A stretch of DNA of 64,000 nt from Takakia lepidozioides (lineage: Eukaryota; Plantae; Bryophyta). How positions within the stretch are numbered: the first letter of the stretch is position 1; each line of letters opens with the position of its first letter. Below, piece after piece: positions 1-11,200 of this stretch. The position numbers were made by a program, and so were the translations under genes. The notes below the pieces were generated by a model. It was not told where the DNA came from. It saw only the letters and a program-made list of their open reading frames with translations, and did no database searches. The DNA lies in assembly GCA_030704615.1 (NCBI GenBank), contig CM060732.1, positions 63,922,001 through 63,986,000 on the forward strand, given 5' to 3'.

Positions 1-420
1 CGGCATTCGTTATGTCTCAAGAAGTGTATCTCTTGTCCTGCTTCTGTCCACCCTCAATTTATATCAAGATACGACCCTCCGAGTCTGTTCTTGAAGCCAT
101 TGATGACGGTTTGGCAAAGATTTGGTGGTCAGTACAACAAGAGTAACACTCTACTCATTGACAATTCTGCTATTAAGTGTGTGTTGAACCCGCCTGAATC
201 CTATCTGATTCTAAAATCGTTTGAATCCGTTGAGACAGACTCTTGCTATCTCTAGAAGGTTCTCTAGAAATATTTGCTTGAAATGAAGAAATCTCGGACC
301 GTTTCCAGTTATCTCAGGGAAAAGAGGATAGGACTTAAGCCTTGTCAGATTGTTTCCACCGATCCCAAGTTTAAGCCTCTCTTTGATTAAGTTGATGATT
401 CTAATTACGGGAATCTCCGA
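1..420 (+). pseudogene. FCP1/NIF-like HAD phosphatase fragment (C-terminal half, degraded)
   Basis: Translation gives LKPLMTVWQRFGGQYNKSNTLLIDNSAIKCVLNP, resembling the NIF 'K.L..vw...ntllvDd.p.K...nP' segment. In-frame stops follow. Confidence 0.55.
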
Positions 421-1425
421 TATGATGCTTCAAAATAAAGATTTTATTGATCAACCACGTCTGTGATTCAATGTATATTTTTGATTGGTTTTTCTGTAGG
501 TTGTATTGTTTTTCTATAAAAATTGTTGTCTACTGTGATTTCTGTTTCAATGTGAATTGACATGGAATTGTTTGCTATCTCCTTGTCTCATCTATGCGTT
601 TCTCCACCCTATACCATCCCGATCCTCTGGGATACATGTCTTCTCCGAAACTCGTCTCAGGGGCTTTTTCAAATCCAACAACCTCCACTGTGCAGTGGAG
701 GTTATCCCGTGTCTGTACATTGACCATGTAAGTTCATTTCTGCAGGTTCATGGAGATGTTGCTGATGCCAACTTCTTGTCGGGACCTCCATTGGAATCCT
801 CCATATCAGAAATTCGTCGACAGAGGGACAACATTCACACTACTGTTGAGATTTTCTGTCAACGACGGTGAAGAATCATCCAGGCACTTGGCTTCATTTC
901 AATCGCACGACCATCCTCTTCAGTCCATTCCTGAGATGGATGTTCCGTTGCATGATTGTTTAGGATGGAATGTCAAATGTGGAAGCCAACCTGACAAATC
1001 TGCAGGGGATTTTGTAAACCTCAATCTACAGTCCTCCTCACCCTCCCGTTTAAGTGTCAAGGGTCTTATATGTACTTCGAGAATGTCAACCATTAAGGAT
1101 GCGGCTGAGGCTAAGGCTCCGCGTCACACTGTGACATCTCTTCCCTCCTCTCCCCAGCACGAAGGTTGGACAGCCCAAATCAAAAGGAGTCAGGTAAAAT
1201 TACTTATATCTTAATTCTAACTCATCCTTTTGTTTTCCTTAGTATTGGGTCTGATGTTCTTGTTTTACTCCAGGCCAGAAAATCTGCGGATTGTGACCTT
1301 CCTGTCAAACGACGTCTTCATTGGAAATCTGTTCCGAGGTAACCCTTCGTTACATGTGAATTCCATTCAGGATGTGGAGTGCTAAAGGGACAATTTCCAT
1401 TCCGGTCGGCTTCTCCGCAACCCTT

Positions 1426-1427
<2 letters not shown>

Positions 1428-1456
<29 letters not shown>

Positions 1457-1457
1457 A
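1428..1457. repeat. (GACGAG)n hexanucleotide microsatellite
   Basis: About 5 tandem GACGAG units are visible. Confidence 0.85.
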
Positions 1458-2049
1458 ACTTCAATTGCAACTTCTCGGCTTCCCAACCCTGTAGTGTTGG
1501 CGCAATGTTCTGCACCGAGGAAGCGGAATAGGGCCCCCAAACCATTTCCATCTCTTCTACAAATCGGTTCCACCGGAGAGAAGTCCTTCGTTAGACCTCG
1601 GACATACCGGGGTCTCGTCAAAACATATCCGTTGGGATGCAAAGCCCGCCAGTGAGACTTCCAATAAGGCGACATCGGTGTTATTCGATATCATTTTTTC
1701 ACTTTCTTCTCTTTTCTGTTCGTTTGATTATGCACTAATTAACTCCATCTTTTCTCAGCAGGCGGGGATGCAGCACGATACCTTTATCAATTCCCCTCCG
1801 TACAAGGTACTTTCTTGAACCTCCACTTGGCAGTCGACGTTCCTCTTTTTAGCAATATTAACCCTCCTCTTCAAACATTCCAAGCCCACAACATTGTGTA
1901 GGATTTTGCCATTTTCTCTACAATCGTCTTGATCTTCCGTACACTCAATCATTCTGGGTCATGGGTAGTTTCATGGCAGCAACACTAATGTCAGTGTGTG
2001 ATTAACCTGTTCATGATAACTTTGTCTCTCATCCTTTACATGCAACAGC

Positions 2050-2765
2050 GGGGAAGAGGAAACGGATGTTGTTATTTTTGAGTGTCAACGGACTCCTCTG
2101 CTACCGGCCACCCCCAATCGGCAGTGAAGTGTTTAAGGAGAAATTTCGTTTCAGGAATGTGACACTTCAAGTTCCTGATAGACCGTTTGTGGTACCTCGT
2201 CCTGGAGTCTTAGAGTTTGTGGACCTTGCATTGAAGCATTTTCACGTGGCCATTTGATCATGTGCTGATAAAGGTGTTCTTTATAGGATGTTGGAGAGCT
2301 TCGTCCCCACAAAAATAGCAAAATTTTTTTGCATCATATGGTCTGCTGAGGATTGTAATGATACCACCGGTTATATCAGGCCCGGGATGAAATATCTCGT
2401 GAAGGATATTCGAAGTGTTATTGTCAGGTACCCTGGTAGACTGTTTGCTATGCAGGGGCAAATGCTTCTTGTAGATGATGAGCCATCAAAAGGCCTGCGA
2501 AACCCACAAAATACTGGATTCTTCCATTTCTCATTCAAGCCTTCACCAAACGGCTTGCATGACCGGAATGATATGACAAAAGCAGTGTGGCCATATATAT
2601 CGGAGATGGCTAGAGCTTCAACAGTCGTTGATTACATTAGCGAGAACCGGGCAAAGTGTTCTCATAAGCCTATTGGTCAGGACCATGCCTGTTGGGCCTG
2701 GTATGGAAGATATATTGATCCTCGTGTTTGGATCCCACAACAAAAAGAACCTGATTACCTTGGTA
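2050..2765 (+). pseudogene. FCP1/NIF-like HAD phosphatase domain with a premature stop
   Basis: ORFs 2066-2257 and 2288-2887 are in the same frame, separated by TGA (AI*S for AIWS). Motifs: LFLSVNGLL, RPGVLEFVDLALKHFHVAI, CIIWSAEDC, LLVDDEPSKGLRNP. Homologous to 22452-23000. Confidence 0.7.
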
Positions 2766-3714
2766 GGCACGTGGATCCCATTGTTCTGTTGTTTGTTCAG
2801 AATTTGATTTTCCAAAATTGCTTTTGCATTTGCATTTGCACTCTTACCTCAACAAATCCATATGCAAAACTTTCACTTTGGGCCTAACATTTGTCATTTC
2901 AATCGTTTGTCCTCAGTTACATTCAAGGAACGAATTCTAAAAGAGGAACAAGAGCTGCGTGATTTGGAATAATGGTGGGCGTGCCGGCAGGCTTCAAGGG
3001 CATCAAGTAGAGTTGGGAGTAACATTTCAGATGTTAATGTCAGCCGGTTTCACCTTCCTGAAAGTATCTCCGTGTCCTCTGGTGCGGAGACCGTTGCAAG
3101 TGGCTGTGGTAACCGGAGGCGTCTTCGGACGCATGCCTTGACTGCGAGCCGTTTGGGAGGAGGCTCAGTATTATTAAGGAGTTAGTATAAGCCATAATGG
3201 TTCTATGGCTTTAGAATCTATGGCTTGTATGGCATTATGTCCATGAACGGATTGACAGTTGATGTTCATTTTTCTGTTGGTCCATCGCCTTGAATGATAT
3301 AATCTCAAATAAAATATGAATGTTTCAAATCGTCAATCAGGTCCCGACAGACTCGTTTTTCCATGTTGTCCTCTTCATCACATATCATCATTGTTTCATT
3401 GGTTCTGCCATTGTTCCATGTTTGTTTGTGTATGTCAATTTGGATATCGGAGCTCTCATCATTGTTTGATTCATTGCATCCTCCCATTCCTTTTAATGAA
3501 CGTCAACTTGGCAGTGGATGTTCATCTAAGACCACAATGCATACTTGTATTTTTGCGTAGAATGTGTGGAGGATTATATAATTCGTTGTTATACAGTGCA
3601 CAAATAGTCAAATAATTATACATATATCTCTTTATTTCTATTATAGATTAAAATTATTCATATATCTTGTATTATTTCTGGACCAAACAAAAGTCCAGAA
3701 TTAGTTAAAAATAG

Positions 3715-4413
3715 AATTTTGTCCTGGTTGGAAAGAAAGATAGCACCACCCGCTTTTGTGTTGACTTCAGGAAACTGAATGACATCACTAAAAATGATGC
3801 CTACCCTCTGCCTAGGATCAATGAGACCTTGGATCAATTGCATGGTGCTACAATTTTCTCCTCTCTTGATTTTGCATCTAGTTTTTGGCAAGTTCCTCTC
3901 ACTAAAGCAGCCAAGGAAAAGACCTCGTTTGTGTGTCGCATGGGCAAATACCAATATGAGACCATGCCCTTTGATTTTTGCAATGCCACCTCCATCTTCC
4001 AACGCCTCATGGACATTGTCTTGGAAAATCTTCGCTGGGAATGTGCCTTAATTTATGTGGATGATATCAATGTGTATTCAGCCAGTTTTGATGCCCACTT
4101 GACTTACCTGCAGCGTATGTTGAGCAAATTGCGTATTGCAAGCCTCAAAGTGAAGCCAAAGAAGTGTGAACTATTCATGCCTGAGCTACACTTTCTTGGT
4201 CATATCCTCTCCAAGGATGGTTTGTTTCCTGATCCTTCAAAGTTTGAGTCTGTTTGGGGCTTTCATATTCCCAGGGAAACATTGTATCAAATTCTTCCTG
4301 GGTCTGACTTCTTATTATAGGCGCTTCATTGAGAACTTTGCCAAGCTTGCTCACCCTCGAACCAAGGTATTGTGCAAAGATGTTAGGTTTGAATGGACCT
4401 TCTCCCAGCAGGC
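3715..4413 (+). pseudogene. Ty3/Gypsy reverse transcriptase, 5' part (degenerate)
   Basis: FCVDFRKLN, FSSLDFASSFWQVPL, YETMPF, IYVDDINV, KCELF...HFLGH, FLGLTSYYRRFI. A frameshift lies near 4285; the frame is cut at EWTFSQQ by an insertion. Confidence 0.9.
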
Positions 4414-5200
4414 GGGGGGTGCTATTCCGTGAGCCTGGAGGCGTGAGCCTGTGAGCCCAGGAAAGCGTGAGCCCAGCACAGGCTCACGCCACGTCAGCAT
4501 GCAAACAGTGCCTATTTCCGCGGATGTCACCTATTTCCGAGTGGTGTCACCTATTTCCGCGGGTTGATGTGGGGAGAATTGAGAATTGAGAACAAAGTGG
4601 TTTGTTTGTTTTTGCAATGTACTCAAGTCTGTGAGGTCCACAAAACAACAAATATATTGAAGGAACAATCCGGGCAGTCCATGCAACCCCCATCTCCAAC
4701 AATAGTTTGGAACCATGAATGTGAATTCCATGCACACATTGCAAAGAGGACAATAAGGACACACAACCATCCCATTTCAAATTTGTCCCAGAATTAAACC
4801 AAAAGAATACTTCATATCAAGTGTCGCAGTCATCACAATCAATGTCCACCTCCTGTGCTATGTCATCTACAAAGATTCTGGCCCCAACACCACGTGTTCT
4901 ACGAAGGCCATCGCAAGGTGGACTCTGAGTGCCATGAACGGACATGCTTGCTGCGAGTGCCTCCGCATAGACAGGTAGCACACAAGACCGAGGAGGACTG
5001 AAAACAAGTCCAAATAGGTGTGATAGCCCAGGAGGGCAAGTGGAAGCACGCGGACTCCTACACATGTCCACAAAATTCCATTTTTAACACAATGATGCAA
5101 TGCACAAGTCCAACGAAGAGGATGTCTCCCATTTGCACTTTGCCTCAAGAACAGCGATTCTCGATAATGAAACAACAATGCAAGCATGCACAGGTTCAAC

Positions 5201-8200
5201 TTACTCACAGGCAAAGTCGGAGTCCAGCTCCTTGTCAGAAGTCTCCTCTGTACCAGTATCAGCGGGACGGGGCTTCGGAAGGACCTGAGAAGTGTGTCCA
5301 CCCAAACCCATCAGGAGGTTCTTGTAAATCTCAGCATCCCCTTCAATCCCAAAGACATGTCGCGCACTGGCCTTGCAAGCGTGGTACGAAGCACCTGCAG
5401 TGGAATAGAATGAAGTAAGCAGACATTGAAGACACATTCGGAACGGTGGAAAGTGCTGAAAGTGCAAGCTCAATCAAACCTCATGAAATGTGAATGTTGA
5501 AGGGACGAACCTGTGCCCATCGACAAATCCAGAACTCTGGCGTCTGTGTAGGTGCAGCACTCCACAATCGTTTGAATGAAAGCCGGGCTCCTCTCCCTCG
5601 CCCCTCTCCAAGGAACCCCATTCCCCCTTCGCAAGCACACGTTGCTGTCGACGTAGTTGTGATGCATGTCATCCGTGGGAGGATCTGTCCTGTCATCTAT
5701 GAACTTGCCCCCGTGAGTGATGGCAAACTCCGTAATGCCGGCCGGAGTCGTTGGTGGATGCACCCGGACGAGACAAACAGCTTCAAACAGACGAGTCTGC
5801 GAACATGACATCCAGAAGGAACTAAGAACCAAAATAAAATCGGGCCCCTACATATGAGTTTGAGCGACCTACACAACACAATCCCAGAACAAAAAAGAAG
5901 AGGAAGAAGAAGGGAAACTCACCATCTCTCCCGGACGATCCCCCTTCGTAAGGTACATGCTGTTCACACAATTCCATGTCTTCAGGACTCTCATGCCCGA
6001 GGCTTTCAAATAGCTGGCAAGGGCACGGCGACACCGAACATCGATGGACTGGATGAGAACCAAAACACCTGCATCGGAAAGGAAGAAGTTGCAAAAGGAA
6101 AAAACCCACCGCCAGTAGCGCTCATCAAATGCATTCCAACCCGGACAAGCACCCGATGGTGGGATATCCGGGACTGCCAACCCATCAGGGATGTCCAAGA
6201 TGATGAGTTCCGCTGCATATGGCTTCTCCTTCCCGTTCACCCACGATTTGGTCATTTTAGCCTGCAAACAAAAATACAATGGAATTCTGACAAGTTTATA
6301 AACGATCCATGCCCACAGCAGACAAAGAGAGCAGAAGCCACAGAACCCAAAGAGAACACGCACCGTGCTGAGGAACTCGACAATCCTCTCCCACACTGGT
6401 GATGGCTCGCCCTTGTAATCAGATTTCTTCGACTCCATCATGGCAAGGAACCCGACGTTGGCAATCTCCAACCTGGTTGGACGAATGACCCTCGTGGGAT
6501 GTTCCACTGCATGGTACGGGTCCTTGGGATCAACCACACCCTTGTTTTTTCTCCCGGATCCCCTACCATGCGGTGGAGTCTGCTGGACATGCTCCACAGG
6601 GCCAATAGCTGCAACACTTCCCTGCCCTTGTGCCACCTTCCCTCTACCCCTTCCCGTCCCCACAACACCAGCAACATCTTTTCCCTTTGCCTTTCTTCCT
6701 CTACCCGGGGTATCCTGAGCGGGAGGCTCCTTCTCTGCAAGAGTCCTCAGATTACGCTCATGAATGTCGAGGTCCGCTGCTGCGGCAGTGGCTGCAATAC
6801 GGTCATTCTCTCTCCTCAAAGACAACTCTACAGCTGGGGTCTCTGAAGGAGGGCAATCCAAATACCAACCACAAGAAGAAAGATGGTCCGGACCCCAGTC
6901 ATGCAAGATCCCAGCAGTGAACATGGTCTGGTTGCCAGCAGGGACAAGCCAAAGGTCCACGAAATCTGGATGTTTGTCCAAGCAATTCTCTTCCAGGAGA
7001 ACAAACTTAATGTACCTGCACGAACAGACACAGCCTCATTATCCAATGCACATATTGTGTCCCAGCTTTTTCAACACACCAGGAAGACCCCCTTAAACAG
7101 TATGCCACACAACACATTGCAACCACAACACAAGCAAAGAGTGCAAGGGTGTGCACCTGTAAAGGCATCGTTTCCAGGCTTCCTCTCCTTTTTCCTGCTG
7201 GTCAAGCTCATTTGTTCGACTGATGCCACCCTCCTTGCTGAACTCTCTAAAGAAACCAGAGTGCCACACTGTGGCTCTCCATTTCCTCATGTATGCTTCG
7301 AAGGAGACCTTCGGAGCTGTCATAGTGATGCCATAGTCAGCCAGCTGAGTATGCAGAACCGATCGGGCCCTTTCTTCCAACTGCAAAAAAATTGAAATGG
7401 AAGAATGAACCCAAAAACAGTCACAGCGAATGTAAGAGGCAATGGGAAGAGAAGGACAGGAAAAGAGAAAAGAAAGTGAGATACGAGAGGACATCACACC
7501 TGGCTCCAGTAAGTGGCCTTGTGAAGCCAGTTGTCCAGCACATTGTCACTGACAGGAACGACACGCTGGGTCTTCTTCTCCTTCTCTGGCCTTGGGAACA
7601 TGTGGGTATCCCTAACTGTGGGATCGGAGTTCCATATCTGCAGCCACTTCACCTTCTGTTCAGAAGACACGACGGCGGTAGACAACCTGTGCAACTTCTC
7701 CTGGGCCATCTCCGGCTTGCCTGGCTTGTTATAATGGTTTTTTATCTCCAGCAGAAACTGCGGCCCGAATGATGGGTCGGCCATTCTCAACTGCTTCACA
7801 AAAGCACTCATTATTGTCCTTCTTGTAGCGTTCATCTCCTTCTGGATGTGACTTTCAACTCCCTTTGCTGTCCTTCTCTCCTCAGGGGTAGAGCTGTAGT
7901 ATTCCAGTTTGCCACGCTCCCCTGCATCTGCAATGTCTTGCTGCAAGGGAATGCAAGAGAGTTGCATCAATCCAAGGTCAAGGGAGACAGAGAGAAACAA
8001 ACATGTGGAAGCAGGAATATGGAAAGGCCAGATGAAGGAAGATGTATCTCACCGTGTACATGTACTCCATGAAAGCCTCACGGGTCAACGAGTACCATGT
8101 TTCCGAAGTCTTGGAGCTTTCGCATTTCTTATACATCTCTGCCGAAAGGATGGTCTTGAAGTTGGTCAAGGGCATCTGCCCGATCCTTTGTATCCTATAC

Positions 8201-11200
8201 AGTGTGTGAACCAGACTCGTTTTGACATGCGATGTCTCCGTCCCTCTGCAGAATGATATCTGAATTTCAGAATGTAATTCAAGGACTTCAATCAAGGAAG
8301 AACGGAACCAGAAGTGCAACGTGTACAATGAGAAACCAACCTGTTCACATCATTCATTGCCGTCAGAAGACCCATCATGTTGTCGTCACAATCAAGCACC
8401 ATCGATCGAACAGAGTAATGCCACTCTTCCTCCTGTGAGTGCAGCCTCCCAATGACAGCCATCCATGCAAGCAACCGGTGGTTGCCATCCCAAACGTGAA
8501 ACATCTTCCCCGAGAATACCTGGGTGGAAGGTTTTCTGGAGAGAAGAAGTTCGAAGGATTCGTTCACCTGTCTCCAAATGGGGTCCCAGGAGTCGACGAT
8601 TGACTCATCAACAAGGAGCTCGTTACCTCTTGAATCCCTAGTAGAAACGTAAAAGACCGCGGATCCATCCAAATACCCATGAACAAACTCGGCCTCCAGC
8701 TTGAGAATGTCTTTGACAAGGGGTGGACGAACGACGGGCATGGAAACCAACCTACACAGGGGAATCTTCAACCTCCCACCAGGAGCAAGCATACTTTGAA
8801 CCACAAGCTGAGAGTTCACCTTTTGACCCCCCAGCATCTCAGCGGCTTTGCTTTCATAAAACTCATCGTCAACATCATCTTTGGTCTCCTTCCCCTGACC
8901 CTGAGGGACCTCATCCGCCACACTTTGCATTTTCCCCTGCAAGGTTGTTCACTCAAATTCTTATAAGAGAGGAATGAAACGTCGACCGATGCATGAAAAA
9001 GTGGGATAAAAAGGGAAGTGTTCTTTGAGCTGCCAGATAAGTGTTCATTGATCCTCACGGACATGCACTATGTTCCCGATTTACACAGGGAAAGAACATT
9101 GAAAAGTTCTGCTCAAATATCTGCCCATGAGGGCCGAAAGTTGCGCCCTTCCATATTCATATGTTCTGCCTACACAGTGTGCGGTTCCGCAGACTGTTTG
9201 AGCTGACAGTGAAGGGTTCATTTTATACTCAAAAATGTGCCCATGAAGTCCAAATTTTGCACCCAGAAACATTGAAATGCTCAGCTCAAACAGTGTGCGT
9301 TGCCGCACACTGTCTGGGCTGGCAGTGAAGGGTTCATTTCACCCTCACACGGGTGCCCATGAAGTCCAAATTTTGCACCCAGAAACATTGAAATGCTCAG
9401 CTCAAACAGTGTGCGTTGCCGCACACTGTCTGAGCTGGCAGTGAAGGGTTCATTTCACACTCACACAGGTGCCCCTGAAGTCCAAATATTTCACCCAGAA
9501 ACATTGAAATGCTCAGCTCAAACAGTGTGCGTTGCCGCACACTGTCTGAGCTGGCAGTGAAGGGTTCATTTCACACTCACACAGGTGCCCCTGAAGTCCA
9601 AATTTTGCACCCAGAAACATTGAAATGCTCAGCTCAAACAGTGTGCGTTGCCGCACACTGTCTGGGCTGGCAGTGAAGGGTTCATTTCACACTCACACAG
9701 GTGCCCCTGAAGTCCAAATATTTCACCCAGAAACATTGAAATGCTCAGCTCAAACAGTGTGCGTTGCCGCACACTGTCTGAGCTGGCAGTGAAGGGTTCA
9801 TTTCACACTCACACAGGTGCCCCTGAAGTCCAAATTTTGCATCCAGAAACATTGAAATGCTCAGCTCAAACAGTGTGCGTTGCCGCACACTGTCTGGGCT
9901 GGCAGTGAAGGGTTCTTTTCACACTCACACAGGTGCCCCTGAAGTCCAAATATTTCACCCAGAAACATTGAAATGCTCAGCTCAAACAGTGTGCGTTGCC
10001 GCACACTGTCTGAGCTGGCAGTGAAGGGTTCATTTCACACTCACACAGGTGCCCCTGAAGTCCAAATATTTCACCCAGAAACATTGAAATGCTCAGCTCA
10101 AACAGTGTGCGTTGCCGCACACTGTCTGAGCTGGCAGTGAAGGGTTCATTTCACACTCACACAGGTGCCCCTGAAGTCCAATTTTTGCATCCAGAAACAT
10201 TGAAATGCTCAGCTCAAACAGTGTGCGTTGCCGCACACTGTCTGAGCTGGCAGTGAAGGGTTCTTTTCACACTCACACAGGTGCCCCTGAAGTCCAAATA
10301 TTTCACCCAGAAACATTGAAATGCTCAGCTCAAACAGTGTGCGTTGCCGCACACTGTCTGAGCTGGCAGTGAAGGGTTCATTTCACCTCACACAGGTGCC
10401 CATGAAGTCCAAATTTTGCACCCAGAAACATTGAAATGCTCAGCTCAAACAGTGTGCGTTGCCGCACACTGTCTGGGCTGGCAGTGAAGGGTTCTTTTCA
10501 CACTCACACAGGTGCCCCTGAAGTCCAAATATTTCACCCAGAAACATTGAAATGCTCAGCTCAAACAGTGTGCGTTGCCGCACACTGTCTGAGCTGGCAG
10601 TGAAGGGTTCATTTCACACTCACACAGGTGCCCCTGAAGTCCAATTTTGCATCCAGAAACATTGAAATGCTCAGCTCAAACAGTGTGCGTTGCCGCACAC
10701 TGTCTGGGCTGGCAGTGAAGGGTTCTTTTCACACTCACACAGGTGCCCCTGAAGTCCAAATATTTCACCCAGAAACATTGAAATGCTCAGCTCAAACAGT
10801 GTGCGTTGCCGCACACTGTCTGAGCTGGCAGTGAAGGGTTCATTTCACACTCACACAGGTGCCCCTGAAGTCCAAATATTTCACCCAGAAACATTGAAAT
10901 GCTCAGCTCAAACAGTGTGCGTTGCCGCACACTGTCTGAGCTGGCAGTGAAGGGTTCATTTCACACTCACACAGGTGCCCCTGAAGTCCAAATATTTCAC
11001 CCAGAAACATTGAAATGCTCAGCTCAAACAGTGTGCGTTGCCGCACACTGTCTGAGCTGGCAGTGAAGGGTTCATTTCACACTCACACAGGTGCCCCTGA
11101 AGTCCAAATTTTGCACCCAGAAACATTGAAATGCTCAGCTCAAACAGTGTGCGTTGCCGCACACTGTCTGGGCTGGCAGTGAAGGGTTCTTTTCACACTC

